64,000 nucleotides of DNA, from the NCBI GenBank assembly GCA_963667725.2, contig CAXXHO010000005.1, positions 192,001-256,000 of the forward strand, given 5' to 3'. This document shows positions 1-9,815 of the stretch, piece after piece. A program made the translations under genes and the position numbers. The notes below the pieces were generated by a model. The model ran no database searches and was not told where the DNA came from. It saw only the letters and a list, made by a program, of their open reading frames with translations. Within the stretch, counting starts at the first letter, position 1; each line of letters opens with the position of its first letter. The DNA is from Treponemataceae bacterium (GTDB lineage: Bacteria; Spirochaetota; Spirochaetia; Treponematales; Rectinemataceae).

Positions 1-1175
1 TCAAGCAGATCGGCGAGGTCATCGAAAAGCACAAAGGCCAGCCGGGCATCATCTATTGTCTCAAAAGAAAGGACGTCGACGAAATTTCAAAATCGCTCAA
101 CGCTCTTGGCTATAAAAACCTGCCCTATCACGCCGGCCTTGACGACGCGACGCGAAAAAATAATCAAGAAAAATTTCTTCGAGAGGACGTCGATATCATT
201 GTGGCGACGATAGCCTTCGGCATGGGCGTCGACCGCTCCAACATACGTTATGTGATCCACTGCGCCATGCCCAAGTCCATCGAGCATTTCCAGCAGGAAA
301 CCGGCCGCGCCGGCAGGGACGGGCTTCCTTCCGACTGCTATTTCTTCTACTCGGGCGCCGACTACGGAATCTGGAAGAGCCTTCTCGCGGATTCTTCCGA
401 GAGCGAGGTCATGTTGAGGAAGTTGGGCGAGCTCTACGATTTCTGCGCGAGGCCGCAGTGCCGGCACAGATCTCTCGCCCAGTACTTCGGCCAGACCTAC
501 GCACAAGAAAACTGCGGCGCCTGCGATTTCTGCCTCGGCGAAGTCGATATGGCGGAAGAGCCTCTCCTCATCGGCCAGAAAGTGCTCTCCTGCGTGGCGA
601 GGGTGAGGCAGAGCTTCGGCGCCGACCATGTCGCCGACATCCTCAAAGGCAACGCGACGGAAGCGGTGCTGAAGTGGCGGCACGAAAAGCTCTCCACCTT
701 CGGCCTGATGGAAGCCGAGACGAAAGTTTTCATACGTTTTATGATCGAACAGCTCGTGGGCCAGGGCTTTCTGAGAAGGGAGGGCGACTACGGCACCCTC
801 GCGATCACGAAGGAAGGAACCTCGCTTCTCAAGGGGCTGGCGACGCCCCGCCTGGCGAAACCGGTCACGAGGGAAAAGAAAAAGGAGATAGAGAAGAAGC
901 GGCGTTCCCGGAGGGCTGAGGACTGGGAAAACGTCGACGAGGGGCTTTTCGACGCGCTGCGGCTGCTCCGCGCTAAAATCGCCCGGGACAAGTCGGTGCC
1001 CGCCTACCTGGTTTTCAGCGACAAGGCGCTCAAGGACATGGCGTCGAAAAAACCCCGGGACAGAGAAGCCTTCGCCGGCATCTACGGCGTCGGCGAGGCC
1101 AAGCTCAAAGAATACGCCGACGCCTTCATCGAGGCGATCGGGGACTATCGAACTTCGCCGCCCGAATCGAATTGA
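1..1175 (+). CDS. recQ: ATP-dependent DNA helicase RecQ (5' end outside window)
   Basis: Frame open from position 3 (GIIYC...YHAGL). Contains VATIAFGMGVDRSNIR, QETGRAGRDG, a Zn-binding CRH...CGACDFC segment and an HRDC domain (VPAYLVFSD). Confidence 0.97.
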   Translation, partial: KQIGEVIEKHKGQPGIIYCLKRKDVDEISKSLNALGYKNLPYHAGLDDATRKNNQEKFLREDVDIIVATIAFGMGVDRSNIRYVIHCAMPKSIEHFQQETGRAGRDGLPSDCYFFYSGADYGIWKSLLADSSESEVMLRKLGELYDFCARPQCRHRSLAQYFGQTYAQENCGACDFCLGEVDMAEEPLLIGQKVLSCVARVRQSFGADHVADILKGNATEAVLKWRHEKLSTFGLMEAETKVFIRFMIEQLVGQGFLRREGDYGTLAITKEGTSLLKGLATPRLAKPVTREKKKEIEKKRRSRRAEDWENVDEGLFDALRLLRAKIARDKSVPAYLVFSDKALKDMASKKPRDREAFAGIYGVGEAKLKEYADAFIEAIGDYRTSPPESN

Positions 1176-3276
1176 GGGTGGCCAGAAGGGCCACGCCGAC
1201 ATCGGCGATCACCGCTTCCCACATGTTCGCCTCGCCCGCCGCGCCGAGGATGAGGAAAGCGGCCTTCACCCCAAGGGCGAAAACGATATTCTGCATGACG
1301 ATGCGCCTCGTGAAAACGGCGATTCTCATGGCGAGTGGAATGCGCCCGATCTCGTCGTCCATGATCACGATATCGGAAGCCTCGATGGCCGCGTCGGAGC
1401 CGAGGCCGCCCATCGCTATTCCGAGGTCAGCCCTCATCAGGACGGGAGCGTCGTTCATGCCATCCCCAACGAAGACGACTTTTTTCCCGGCGGGAGCCGA
1501 GGCCTTCAAGGCCTCTAGCCGCGCGACCTTGTCTTCGGGCAGGAGGCCGGCGAAGTACTCGTCGACGCCTACCGCGGCCGCGATCTCCGCCGCCGTCGAT
1601 TCCCTGTCTCCGGTGAGCATGATGACGCGGCGGACCCCAAGGGACTTGAGTTGGCCCACAATTGAGGCCGCTTCATCCTTGAGTACGTCGGCGACGAGAA
1701 TCTGGCCGGCGTAGGTTCCGTCGACAGCCACATGAACCAGGGTTCCCGCCCTCGTCATTCCGGCCTCGATCGCGATGCCCTCGTCTTTCAGGAAGCCTTC
1801 ATTGCCCGCGAGCACTTTCCGGCCATCGACGATGGCTGATACGCCACGACCCTTCACTTCCCTCACCTCGCCAGCTCTGCTGGGCTCGCTTACTTCGCCG
1901 ACCTCGCTTGTCTCACTCGCCGAACTCTGCCAGTCGGCATCGCTCGCCTTCCGAATCGCCCTGGCTATGGGATGCGGCGAATAACGCTCCGCGGCGGCCG
2001 CGTAGCGAAGCACCTGCTCGGCGCTGAATTCGTGGGCCGCGTCCACCTTCACCACCTCGAAGACGCCCTTCGTGAGCGTGCCCGTCTTGTCGAAGACGAC
2101 CGTATCCACCTTGAGGAGAGCGTCGAGGCTGTTCGCGCCCTTGACGAGGATCTTGTGGCGGGAGGCGCTGCCCACGCCGCCGAAATAGCCCAGGGGAATG
2201 GATATGACAAGGGCGCAGGGGCAGGAAATGACGAGGAGGACGAGGGCGCGATAGAGCCAGTCTGAAAGCAGGGCGCCGGGGATGAGGAGCGGAGGAACGA
2301 AGGCGATGAGGGCGGCCGAAATGACGACGAAGGGCGTGTAGTAGGCCGCTACTTTCGTGATGAACTTTTCTGTCGGCGCCTTGTGCGTCGCCGCGTTTTC
2401 CACGAGATCGAGGATACGCGCCGCCGAGGACTGGCCGAAGGGAGCGGTCACCTCCACAAGAATCCGCCCCGTATCGGTGACATAGCCCGCCTTGACCGCT
2501 TCCCCGATGCCCACGGACCGGGGCACGGCCTCGCCGGTGAGCGACGAGGTGTCCACGAAGGAATCGCCCTCGACGATGGTTCCGTCCAGAGGAATCCTCT
2601 CGCCGGGCCTCACCTCGACGACATCGCCCACGATCACCTGTTCGGGATCGACGATCCTTCCTTGCCCGGCGGTGACGATGCGGGCGAACTCGGGCCGGAG
2701 GTTCATGAGGCGCGAAATGGAGCTTCGCGATCTCGCCACGGCCCTTTCCTGCAGGTATTCGCCGACGGAATAGAAAAGCATGACCCCTACCGCTTCCGGC
2801 AGCTGCCCGATGGCGAAGGCTCCCACGGTGGCTATGGCCATGAGAAACATTTCGTTGAAAATCCTGCCGCGCAGAAGGTCCATCCAGGCGCTTCTAAGCA
2901 CCGGATAGCCCACGAGGAGATATGCCGGAACGAGAACGACATATTCGGCGAAATCGCCCGCCGTCGCGCGCAACTGCCTTCCGAAGAGAACGCCTACCAG
3001 TAGGAGGACGGCCGACGCGATGATCCGCACGATGGACCAGGTTCCGAGGGATTCCTCTTTCTTCGGGGCGCCCGAATCGGCGCGCACAAGCTCAACGGAT
3101 GGCTCGATGTTCCCGATAATGTTCTTGGCCAGTTCCTCCGAATCGGCGTCGAGGGCTAAGGTCTTGGTAGCGAAATTGACGGTGGCGAATTCGAAACCCT
3201 TGTTCTTCCTCAGCTCATTCTCGATTTTATTCGCGCAGTTGGCGCAGTCGAGACCTTTCATATAGTACTTCGTCAT
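1126..3276 (-). CDS. cadA: Heavy-metal (Cd/Zn/Pb) translocating P1B-type ATPase
   Basis: HMA motif GLDCANCA, LTGE, SCPC, DKTGTLT, SPHP, GDGMNDA. The 3' end overlaps the convergent recQ by 50 nt. Confidence 0.93.
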   Translation of the reverse strand: MTKYYMKGLDCANCANKIENELRKNKGFEFATVNFATKTLALDADSEELAKNIIGNIEPSVELVRADSGAPKKEESLGTWSIVRIIASAVLLLVGVLFGRQLRATAGDFAEYVVLVPAYLLVGYPVLRSAWMDLLRGRIFNEMFLMAIATVGAFAIGQLPEAVGVMLFYSVGEYLQERAVARSRSSISRLMNLRPEFARIVTAGQGRIVDPEQVIVGDVVEVRPGERIPLDGTIVEGDSFVDTSSLTGEAVPRSVGIGEAVKAGYVTDTGRILVEVTAPFGQSSAARILDLVENAATHKAPTEKFITKVAAYYTPFVVISAALIAFVPPLLIPGALLSDWLYRALVLLVISCPCALVISIPLGYFGGVGSASRHKILVKGANSLDALLKVDTVVFDKTGTLTKGVFEVVKVDAAHEFSAEQVLRYAAAAERYSPHPIARAIRKASDADWQSSASETSEVGEVSEPSRAGEVREVKGRGVSAIVDGRKVLAGNEGFLKDEGIAIEAGMTRAGTLVHVAVDGTYAGQILVADVLKDEAASIVGQLKSLGVRRVIMLTGDRESTAAEIAAAVGVDEYFAGLLPEDKVARLEALKASAPAGKKVVFVGDGMNDAPVLMRADLGIAMGGLGSDAAIEASDIVIMDDEIGRIPLAMRIAVFTRRIVMQNIVFALGVKAAFLILGAAGEANMWEAVIADVGVALLATLNSIRAAKFDSPRSPR

Positions 3277-3287
3277 TTTCCGCCTCG

Positions 3288-3638
3288 CTAAAGCTTCTCG
3301 ATGTAGTGGTTTCTGGCGATCTGCAGCAGTTCCAGCACATGGCTGTCGGAGAGGGCGTAGAACACCTGCTTGCCGTCCCGGCGCGAACGTACGAGGTTGA
3401 GGCTTCTCAGGAACCTCAGGTGATGGGAAATGGCCGGCAGATTGGTCTCCAGAAGGAAGGCGAGGTCGCAGACGCAGAGTTCCTGCTGCGACAGCAGGTA
3501 GAGAATCTTTATCCTCGACTCATCGGCCATGGCCTTGAAAAGCTCGGAAAGCCCCGCCACGTCGAGGAGGGAATCCCTCAGCCGCGGCGCCTTGTCCTGA
3601 CAAGAAATGCCGAACTGACTGCAAACATCTTCATTCAT
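3288..3638 (-). CDS. ArsR/SmtB (CadC-like) metal-sensing repressor
   Basis: ELCVCDLA...ISHHLR..L...LV...RDGK.VFY; directly upstream of the ATPase gene. Confidence 0.93.
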   Translation of the reverse strand: MNEDVCSQFGISCQDKAPRLRDSLLDVAGLSELFKAMADESRIKILYLLSQQELCVCDLAFLLETNLPAISHHLRFLRSLNLVRSRRDGKQVFYALSDSHVLELLQIARNHYIEKL

Positions 3639-3662
3639 ATGGGCTCCATCGATCTATTCATA

Positions 3663-3692
3663 TAAACGATTGCTCAATTAAGCAATCGTTTA
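3663..3692. promoter_or_regulatory. Probable ArsR/SmtB operator
   Basis: Inverted repeat TAAACGATTGCT-CAATTA-AGCAATCGTTTA about 25 nt upstream of the arsR start. Confidence 0.7.
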
Positions 3693-3871
3693 ATCGTAAG
3701 ATAACACTAGGTCCAATTCCTGTCAATATAGATTCCGCCGTCCCGGATTCTTGACAGGACATGAAGTGAGGCGACACAATGCGTTATCGATAAAAAAATG
3801 ATCGAAAGCCCTACTCCGCGGCCTTTCTCGCGGCTCAGAGGGTTCCGCTCAACCACACAAGGAGGTTCTTC

Positions 3872-4669
3872 GTGCGAAAGATGACATTCATGCTTACGGT
3901 ATTCGCCATGGTCTTCGCGATGGTCTTCGCCGCCGGCGCCCAAACCGCCAAGCTTCCCGACCTCAAGGGAAGAAAAATCATCGCCGTGACCGAAAACGCC
4001 TATCTCCCCCTCAATTTCGTCGACGCTAAATCAGGCAAGGCCATGGGATGGGAATACGACGCGGTGAACGAGATCGGCAAGCGTCTCAACGCCAAGATCG
4101 AGTGGAAGATCACTTCCTGGGACACCATGATCCAGGCCGTGCGCGACGGACAGTTCGACGTGGGCATGGACGGCATCACCATAACGGACGAAAGGAAGGG
4201 CCAGGTCGACTTCTCCAGCCCCTACATGGTGAGCCAGCAGTTCATGCTCGTGCGCGCCAGCGAAAACCGCTTCCAGGACGAAAAGGCCTTCTCGGCCAAC
4301 CCCAAACTCCTCATCGGGGCCCAGGCGGGCACCACGAACTTCTATGTGGCCGTCTACAGCGTCCTCGACGGCGACGAAGCCAATCCCCGCATCAAGCTTT
4401 TCGAGACCTTCGGCGCCACGGTCCAGGCCTTGATAGCCGGAGACATCGATATGGTGCTTATGGACGCCGCCTCCAGCAAGGGCTACATCGGCGCCTACCC
4501 CAACAAGCTGAAATCGGTCGGCGGCGCCCTCGGCACCGAAGAATTCGGATTCATCTTCAAGAAAGGTTCCGACCTCGTCGGCCCCTTCAACGCGGCCATC
4601 GCCGCCCTCAAGGCCGAGGGATTCCTCGACAGGCTTAACACGAAGTGGTTCTTCGAGTACAAGCCTTAA
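3872..4669 (+). CDS. Amino-acid ABC transporter substrate-binding protein (family 3)
   Basis: Signal peptide; TENAYLPLNF, GITITDER, VDFSSPY. GGAGG precedes the GTG start. Confidence 0.9.
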   Translation: MRKMTFMLTVFAMVFAMVFAAGAQTAKLPDLKGRKIIAVTENAYLPLNFVDAKSGKAMGWEYDAVNEIGKRLNAKIEWKITSWDTMIQAVRDGQFDVGMDGITITDERKGQVDFSSPYMVSQQFMLVRASENRFQDEKAFSANPKLLIGAQAGTTNFYVAVYSVLDGDEANPRIKLFETFGATVQALIAGDIDMVLMDAASSKGYIGAYPNKLKSVGGALGTEEFGFIFKKGSDLVGPFNAAIAALKAEGFLDRLNTKWFFEYKP

Positions 4670-4721
4670 AACTGCGGTAGCCCGCCCCAAGGGAAAAACC
4701 GTTGGCGCGGTTCCCCAAGAA

Positions 4722-4778
4722 CCCTGTCTGTGCCAGTAATGGCACAGACAGGGGATTTTCTGTGCTAAATAATGAACA
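4722..4778. promoter_or_regulatory. Probable sigma54-activator upstream sites; the palindrome may also act as terminator of the SBP gene
   Basis: CCCTGTCTGTGCCA-gtaa-TGGCACAGACAGGG (4722-4753). Core TGTGCCA-N4-TGGCACA at 4729-4746 and a degenerate copy TGTGCTA-N4-ATGAACA at 4761-4778, 32 bp apart. Confidence 0.55.
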
Positions 4779-4899
4779 TAGAATTTAAAAATAAGCGAAG
4801 CACCCTACGCATTGGCTTTTCGGGCAGGACGCCGTATCGGCAATTTATTTCATGGAATGAAAATAGCACATTGCTAGATTCACTGCTTTGGTCAGGCTC

Positions 4900-4916
4900 T
4901 TGGCATGGGCTTTGCT
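4900..4916 (+). promoter_or_regulatory. sigma54 (-24/-12) promoter
   Basis: TTGGCATGGGCTTTGCT matches TGGCAy-N5-TTGCW, 43 nt before the SBP start. A GAFTGA activator is encoded in the same cluster. Confidence 0.8.
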
Positions 4917-4959
4917 ATTGCTACCTTGAGTTTCCAGATTATCTTAAGGAGGTTTCTAC

Positions 4960-5892
4960 ATGAAACGAATCGTTGGCGTTCTTTTGTGCGCGTTGGTGCT
5001 GATAACCGGTGTTTCCGCCCAAGCCAAGAAGAAGCAGGTCGCCGTCTGTCTTCCTGGATCAGTCGAGTTCTTCGCCGTGGAGCGCAAAGGCATGGACAAG
5101 GCAGCCGCCGAGTTCAACCTTCAGCTCACCTATTCCGACGCCGAATGGGACGCGGGAAAACAACTGAACCAGGTGGAGAATTTCGTGGCCAAGGGCGTGG
5201 ACGCCATCATGCTCTGCTCCCGCGATCCTCTCGCCCTGCTTCCGGCGGTAAAAATGTGCAACGAAGCCAAGATCCCCCTCATTACGTTCACCAACACGCT
5301 CGGCTCCGACAAGAACGGACAGTATCCCGGCGTCGTTACCTTCATTGGCATCAACGACCTCTCCTATGGCACCATGATGGGCAAGATGGCCAAACAGCTC
5401 CTGGGCGACAGAGCCGCGAACATCGTCCTCATCGAGGGTGAGCCTGGAACCAGCGCCCAGCGCATGAGAAACGACGGTTTCAGGGCCGAACTCGCGAACA
5501 GCAAGTACAAGATCATCTACAGCCAGGCGATTCCCGGCTGGACCAAGGAAGGATCGCTCGCCGCCATGGAAGCCTTTCTCCAGAAAGGACAGGATTTCGA
5601 TCTCGTCTCAGCCGAATGGACGGACGGCGCGGTCGCGGCTGCCAAAGCCATCAGGGAAGCCGGACTCAAGGGGAAATACATCACCGCCCTCGAGTATTCC
5701 AAGGCGCTCCAGGCCGAGATCAAGGCTGGAAGCGTCAACATGACGGCCTACGCTTCCATCATAGACATGGGTTATCTGGCAGTCCAGAAAACCGCCGAAT
5801 TCCTCTCCGGAAAGAAGATCGATTCCTACATCGAAGTCATTCCCGTCATCGTCGACAAGAACAATGTGAGCAAACACGTTCCCGAGATGTGA
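4960..5892 (+). CDS. Sugar ABC transporter substrate-binding protein (RbsB-like, CUT2)
   Basis: Signal peptide; DAEWDAGKQLNQVENFVAKGVDAI, GEPGTSAQRMR; AAGGAGG RBS. Confidence 0.9.
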   Translation: MKRIVGVLLCALVLITGVSAQAKKKQVAVCLPGSVEFFAVERKGMDKAAAEFNLQLTYSDAEWDAGKQLNQVENFVAKGVDAIMLCSRDPLALLPAVKMCNEAKIPLITFTNTLGSDKNGQYPGVVTFIGINDLSYGTMMGKMAKQLLGDRAANIVLIEGEPGTSAQRMRNDGFRAELANSKYKIIYSQAIPGWTKEGSLAAMEAFLQKGQDFDLVSAEWTDGAVAAAKAIREAGLKGKYITALEYSKALQAEIKAGSVNMTAYASIIDMGYLAVQKTAEFLSGKKIDSYIEVIPVIVDKNNVSKHVPEM

Positions 5893-5909
5893 TCCCATCC
5901 TCCAACAGT

Positions 5910-5943
5910 CGGCGGGGAATCCGCTTCGGTGGATTCCCCGCCG
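5910..5943 (+). other. Intercistronic stem-loop after the SBP gene (likely mRNA stabiliser)
   Basis: CGGCGGGGAATCCGC-TTCG-GTGGATTCCCCGCCG with no U-tract. Confidence 0.6.
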
Positions 5944-5957
5944 CTCAAGAGAAAACA

Positions 5958-7223
5958 ATGGAACCTAAATCGATACGAAACGGCGGTAAAATCGCCGCGC
6001 AGCTGATGGTCGGCCCCGAACAGCTGGCCTATTTCGGCGAAGCCGGAATACTGGCATGTCTGGACTATGCGCTCGATGTCCTCGCTCCCCGGGAGCTGAT
6101 TCTTTCCATAACCGATTCATCGAGCGACCTGGCTCGAAAGATCACGGAGCGCTGTGACAAGGTGGGTACAAGGGTTTCTCTATGGGTGATGGTTTTCGCC
6201 GACCGCCCCGCCGGCCTGTCTTCTTTTCCCCATGTCCAGGACGCTGAAGGCAGGACGGGATACGGCGCCACCGGCGCCTGGGAGAATATCGGAAAGGGCG
6301 ACGAAAAGTTCCTATTCTATTGTCCCAGCGCCCTGGATAAGGACGAGAAAGGCATAGAATCCGCGCTTCGGGCGGCGAAATCCATTGGCGCGCGGGGCAT
6401 CTTCCTCGACCGGATACGATACCCCTCCCCCGCCAACGGCTTCGAATTCATGAGCGCCTGTTCCTGCCCCCTATGCAGGGAAGCCTTTCGCGCCTGGAGC
6501 GGCGAAAAATGGCCAGACCTAGCTTCGCTCTTTGTCCGGCATGCGGCTCATGGCGTCGGCGGCCCTCAAGCCTTCGTCGAGAGCGCCGAGAAAGTACTTC
6601 AATTCCGCTCGCGGATGGTCAATAACGCGGTGGCGCGTTACGCCGATGCCGCTCACGCGGAGGGCCTCAGCGTCGGTCTGGATCTCTTCGCGCCCGCGTT
6701 GGCCGGTTTCGTCGGCCAAGATTATCATTCACTGTCGCGCCACGCGGATTTCATGAAACCGATGCTCTACTGCAAAGCCTGGGCGCCGGCAGGCATGCCC
6801 CTGGAATTTTTCCTTTTAATGAAGGGGCTTGAAGAATCAGGCATCGACGCATCAACAGCCGTAAGCTTCGTTTCCAAGTTCTCCGGAATAGACCGAGAAT
6901 ACCTGGATGCCGTGCGCCGGAAAGGAAATTTCCCGGCTTCGCTCGCCGCATCAGAACTGCTCCGCTGTCAGCGGGAAATAGATCCCGCAGCGGCTCCAAA
7001 ACCAGAAATCTACGCGGGCATCGAGCTGGTTCAGCACGAAGCCTACGATACTCAAATCGACGACGGTGTACGCGACTCGTACCTGGAAAGCCTCTCGGGC
7101 CAAAACATCGCCGTATGCTGGAATATATTGTACGTGCCCAAGCGGCATATCGAGGCGATAGCCTCGATGGACGCTATCGCGTCGATCGACGCGATTTCAC
7201 CGCATCACGAGGACTCTAAATGA
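5958..7223 (+). CDS. Putative glycoside-hydrolase-like TIM-barrel protein
   Basis: GIFLDRIRYP, CSCPLC.EAF, GQDY..L...ADF..PMLY resemble GHL10/DUF187-like proteins. ATG at 5958 preferred over the 5616 ORF start. Confidence 0.6.
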   Translation: MEPKSIRNGGKIAAQLMVGPEQLAYFGEAGILACLDYALDVLAPRELILSITDSSSDLARKITERCDKVGTRVSLWVMVFADRPAGLSSFPHVQDAEGRTGYGATGAWENIGKGDEKFLFYCPSALDKDEKGIESALRAAKSIGARGIFLDRIRYPSPANGFEFMSACSCPLCREAFRAWSGEKWPDLASLFVRHAAHGVGGPQAFVESAEKVLQFRSRMVNNAVARYADAAHAEGLSVGLDLFAPALAGFVGQDYHSLSRHADFMKPMLYCKAWAPAGMPLEFFLLMKGLEESGIDASTAVSFVSKFSGIDREYLDAVRRKGNFPASLAASELLRCQREIDPAAAPKPEIYAGIELVQHEAYDTQIDDGVRDSYLESLSGQNIAVCWNILYVPKRHIEAIASMDAIASIDAISPHHEDSK

Positions 7224-8764
7224 ACATTCAAGAAAATTTGCGAACGCCAGAGGGCGGAAATGCGGCTGCCCCTCCCGTCATTCTCGCGATGAAGAACATT
7301 TCAAAAAGCTTCCTGGGCGTCCGGGTATTGGACAACGTCGATTTCTATCTCAGAAAAGGCGAAGTCGTCGCTTTTCTCGGCGCCAACGGAGCGGGAAAAT
7401 CGACGCTCATGAAGATTCTCTCCGGCGTCTATAACGCGGACAGCGGCCAGATATTCCTTCACGACAAACCGGTTCAATTCAGCAAACCGATCCATGCCTA
7501 CAGGGCGGGAATCAGCGTCGTGCACCAGGAATCGAGCCTCATTCCCACCCTGACCATCATCGAAAATCTATTTCTCGGCCGTGAATCCACAAAGGGTTCG
7601 GGGATACTGAACGGCAAGCTCATGCAAGCTGAATACGAAAAGCTCTGCGAACGTTTCGATTTGGATATTCCCTCCGCGACGAAGGTACGCGATCTCAGCC
7701 CCGCGCAGAAAAAAATGGCCGAGATAATGAAGGCGGTGTCGCGCAACTGCAGCATCATCATAATGGATGAGCCCACCGACGCTCTCAGCTCCCAGGAAAC
7801 CGCCCTCCTGTTCAAAACCGTCGGTGACCTTAGGCGCGAGGGCATGAGCATCGTTTTCATAACGCATTTTCTGGACGAAGTAAAAAGCATCGCCGACAGC
7901 GCGACGGTGATCCGCGACGGGAAAATAGTCGCCGAGCGCGTCTCGCCTCTTCTGCCGATCAAGGAAATAGTCACCTTGATGCTCGGCAAGGAAGTGGCGG
8001 AACGAAAACCCTTCGTAAGGGCTCATGGCGAAAAGGAAGAGCTGGTGGTAAAGAACCTCGGCCGCCGCGCCGAATTTTCGGATATTTCATTCGAACTTCA
8101 CGCGGGCGAAGTGCTCGGAATCGCCGGCGTCGTGGGATCGGGCAAGACGGAACTGGCGAGGACACTCTCAGGCGCATCGGTCAGCCACAGCGGTTCCATG
8201 ACACTGGAGAACAGACCGATACAGCTCCGTTCCCCATACGATGGGGTCAAGCATGGTATCGGCATGGCGCCGGAAGACCGTAAAACGCAGGGACTGATCC
8301 TCGACCATGACATTCAAGGCAATATTTCCCTTTCATCCCTGCCCAGCATCGTCAAGTTCGGATGCATCAACGCAAAAAAGGAAAAAAGCCGTACGATGTC
8401 TGTGGCCGCCCAACTTTCGATAAAGTTCGCCAGCCTTGATCAGCGGGTAAAATTCCTGAGCGGCGGCAACCAGCAGAAATGCGTTCTGGCTCGATGGCTG
8501 CTGGCCTCCCCGAAGGTTCTTATTCTGGATGAGCCCACGCGCGGCATCGATGTCGCCACGAAGGAACAGATCTACGCGACGGTGCGCGATCTCGCGTCGA
8601 AAGGAAAATCCATCATCTATTTCTCTGGAGATCCCGCCGAACTCCTTGTGGTCTCCGACAGGGTGTTGGTTATGCAAAAAGGGAAGATCAAGCGTTCTTA
8701 CGCGATTCCGCCATCTGAAGATATACTACTAAAAGATATGATTGAGGTGAACAATGAGCGGTAA
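7220..8764 (+). CDS. Sugar ABC transporter ATP-binding protein (two NBDs, RbsA-like)
   Basis: GANGAGKS, IIMDEPT, ITH; second NBD LSGGNQQK, LDEPTRGIDV. Confidence 0.95.
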   Translation: MNIQENLRTPEGGNAAAPPVILAMKNISKSFLGVRVLDNVDFYLRKGEVVAFLGANGAGKSTLMKILSGVYNADSGQIFLHDKPVQFSKPIHAYRAGISVVHQESSLIPTLTIIENLFLGRESTKGSGILNGKLMQAEYEKLCERFDLDIPSATKVRDLSPAQKKMAEIMKAVSRNCSIIIMDEPTDALSSQETALLFKTVGDLRREGMSIVFITHFLDEVKSIADSATVIRDGKIVAERVSPLLPIKEIVTLMLGKEVAERKPFVRAHGEKEELVVKNLGRRAEFSDISFELHAGEVLGIAGVVGSGKTELARTLSGASVSHSGSMTLENRPIQLRSPYDGVKHGIGMAPEDRKTQGLILDHDIQGNISLSSLPSIVKFGCINAKKEKSRTMSVAAQLSIKFASLDQRVKFLSGGNQQKCVLARWLLASPKVLILDEPTRGIDVATKEQIYATVRDLASKGKSIIYFSGDPAELLVVSDRVLVMQKGKIKRSYAIPPSEDILLKDMIEVNNER

Positions 8765-9764
8765 CAATATCGATGCTAAGGCAGCGGCAACCATTCAAGC
8801 GGGCGGTATGGATGCCTCAAAGAAGAGGGGGCAGTACTACAAAGAAATTTTAAAACGCTACGGCCTGCTCATCAGCTTCTTTGTGCTCTCGCTGGGGATA
8901 TCCCTGCTGACGCCCAACTTCCTCTCCTCCAGGAACCTGCTCAACATCCTCAGGCAGAGTACGATCGTCGGCATCATGGCCATAGGCACCACCTTCGTCA
9001 TCATCGGTGGCGGATTCGATATCTCGGTCGGATCGGTGCTTGCCTTGTCCGCGGCGTTGGCGCTCGGGCTCCAAGGCTCGATGCACTGGGCCTTGGCCGC
9101 CACGATCGCTATCCTCGCCGGCGCGCTGATAGGTCTCTTCAATGGTATTCTCGCCGCGAAGATTCACATCGTTCCCATGATTGCGACGTTGGGTACCTCC
9201 ACCATCGTACGCGGCCTCGTCTACCTCTATACCGGCGGCTACCCCATCAACGGTCAGCAGCCAGCCTTCGAGGTGATCGGCTCCGGCTATCTGTGGGGCA
9301 TCCCCGTACCCGTCATCATAATGATCGCGCTTGTCGTCATTTTTCAATTCATTCTCTCCAAGACGCAGCTCGGCCGCTACTGCTGCGCCGTCGGCGGCAA
9401 CAAGGAAGCGACGAGGCTCGCCGGCGTCTCCGTGGACTTCTACCACGTCATGACTTTCCTCATCGGCGGTCTCATGGCGGGCATCTCGGGCGTCGTCTAT
9501 GCGTCGCGGCTTTCGTCGGCCACGCCCCTAGCGGGGCAGAATTACGACATGGACGCCATCGCGGCGGTGGTCATCGGCGGCACATCGGTTTCAGGCGGCG
9601 AAGGCACGGTTCTCGGCGCCATGATAGGCGTCCTTCTTCTCACCGTCGTCACCAACGCCTTCAATCTCCTCGGCGTGCCGGTCTTCATCCAGTACGTCAT
9701 AAAGGGCCTGATCATCCTGGTCGTCGTGGGCATCGACTCCTACTCCAAGAAGAGGCCCCGCTAA
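8754..9764 (+). CDS. Sugar ABC transporter permease (RbsC-like)
   Basis: FDISVGS, GGNKEATRLAGV, DAIAAVVIGGTS.SGG; multiple TM segments. Confidence 0.95.
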   Translation: MSGNNIDAKAAATIQAGGMDASKKRGQYYKEILKRYGLLISFFVLSLGISLLTPNFLSSRNLLNILRQSTIVGIMAIGTTFVIIGGGFDISVGSVLALSAALALGLQGSMHWALAATIAILAGALIGLFNGILAAKIHIVPMIATLGTSTIVRGLVYLYTGGYPINGQQPAFEVIGSGYLWGIPVPVIIMIALVVIFQFILSKTQLGRYCCAVGGNKEATRLAGVSVDFYHVMTFLIGGLMAGISGVVYASRLSSATPLAGQNYDMDAIAAVVIGGTSVSGGEGTVLGAMIGVLLLTVVTNAFNLLGVPVFIQYVIKGLIILVVVGIDSYSKKRPR

Positions 9765-9815
9765 GCGATTCGCCTTTGTCCTTTCGAGCCAAATGGTATA
9801 CACTGGCGGCACGGT

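Noticed and set aside
1126..1175. 50-nt convergent overlap of recQ and cadA
   Set aside because: Short tail overlap, common and without evident function.
87..1202. Long antisense ORFs (also 18457-19824, 26145-27203, 33032-34048, 35755-36459, 39630-41438)
   Set aside because: Shadow frames of well-supported genes in GC-rich DNA, with no family motifs.
5616..5957. N-terminal extension of the 535-aa ORF (similarly 11074, 14963, 25311, 31595, 44650 starts)
   Set aside because: These overlap neighbouring genes or regulatory DNA; downstream starts fit the RBS or domain boundary better.
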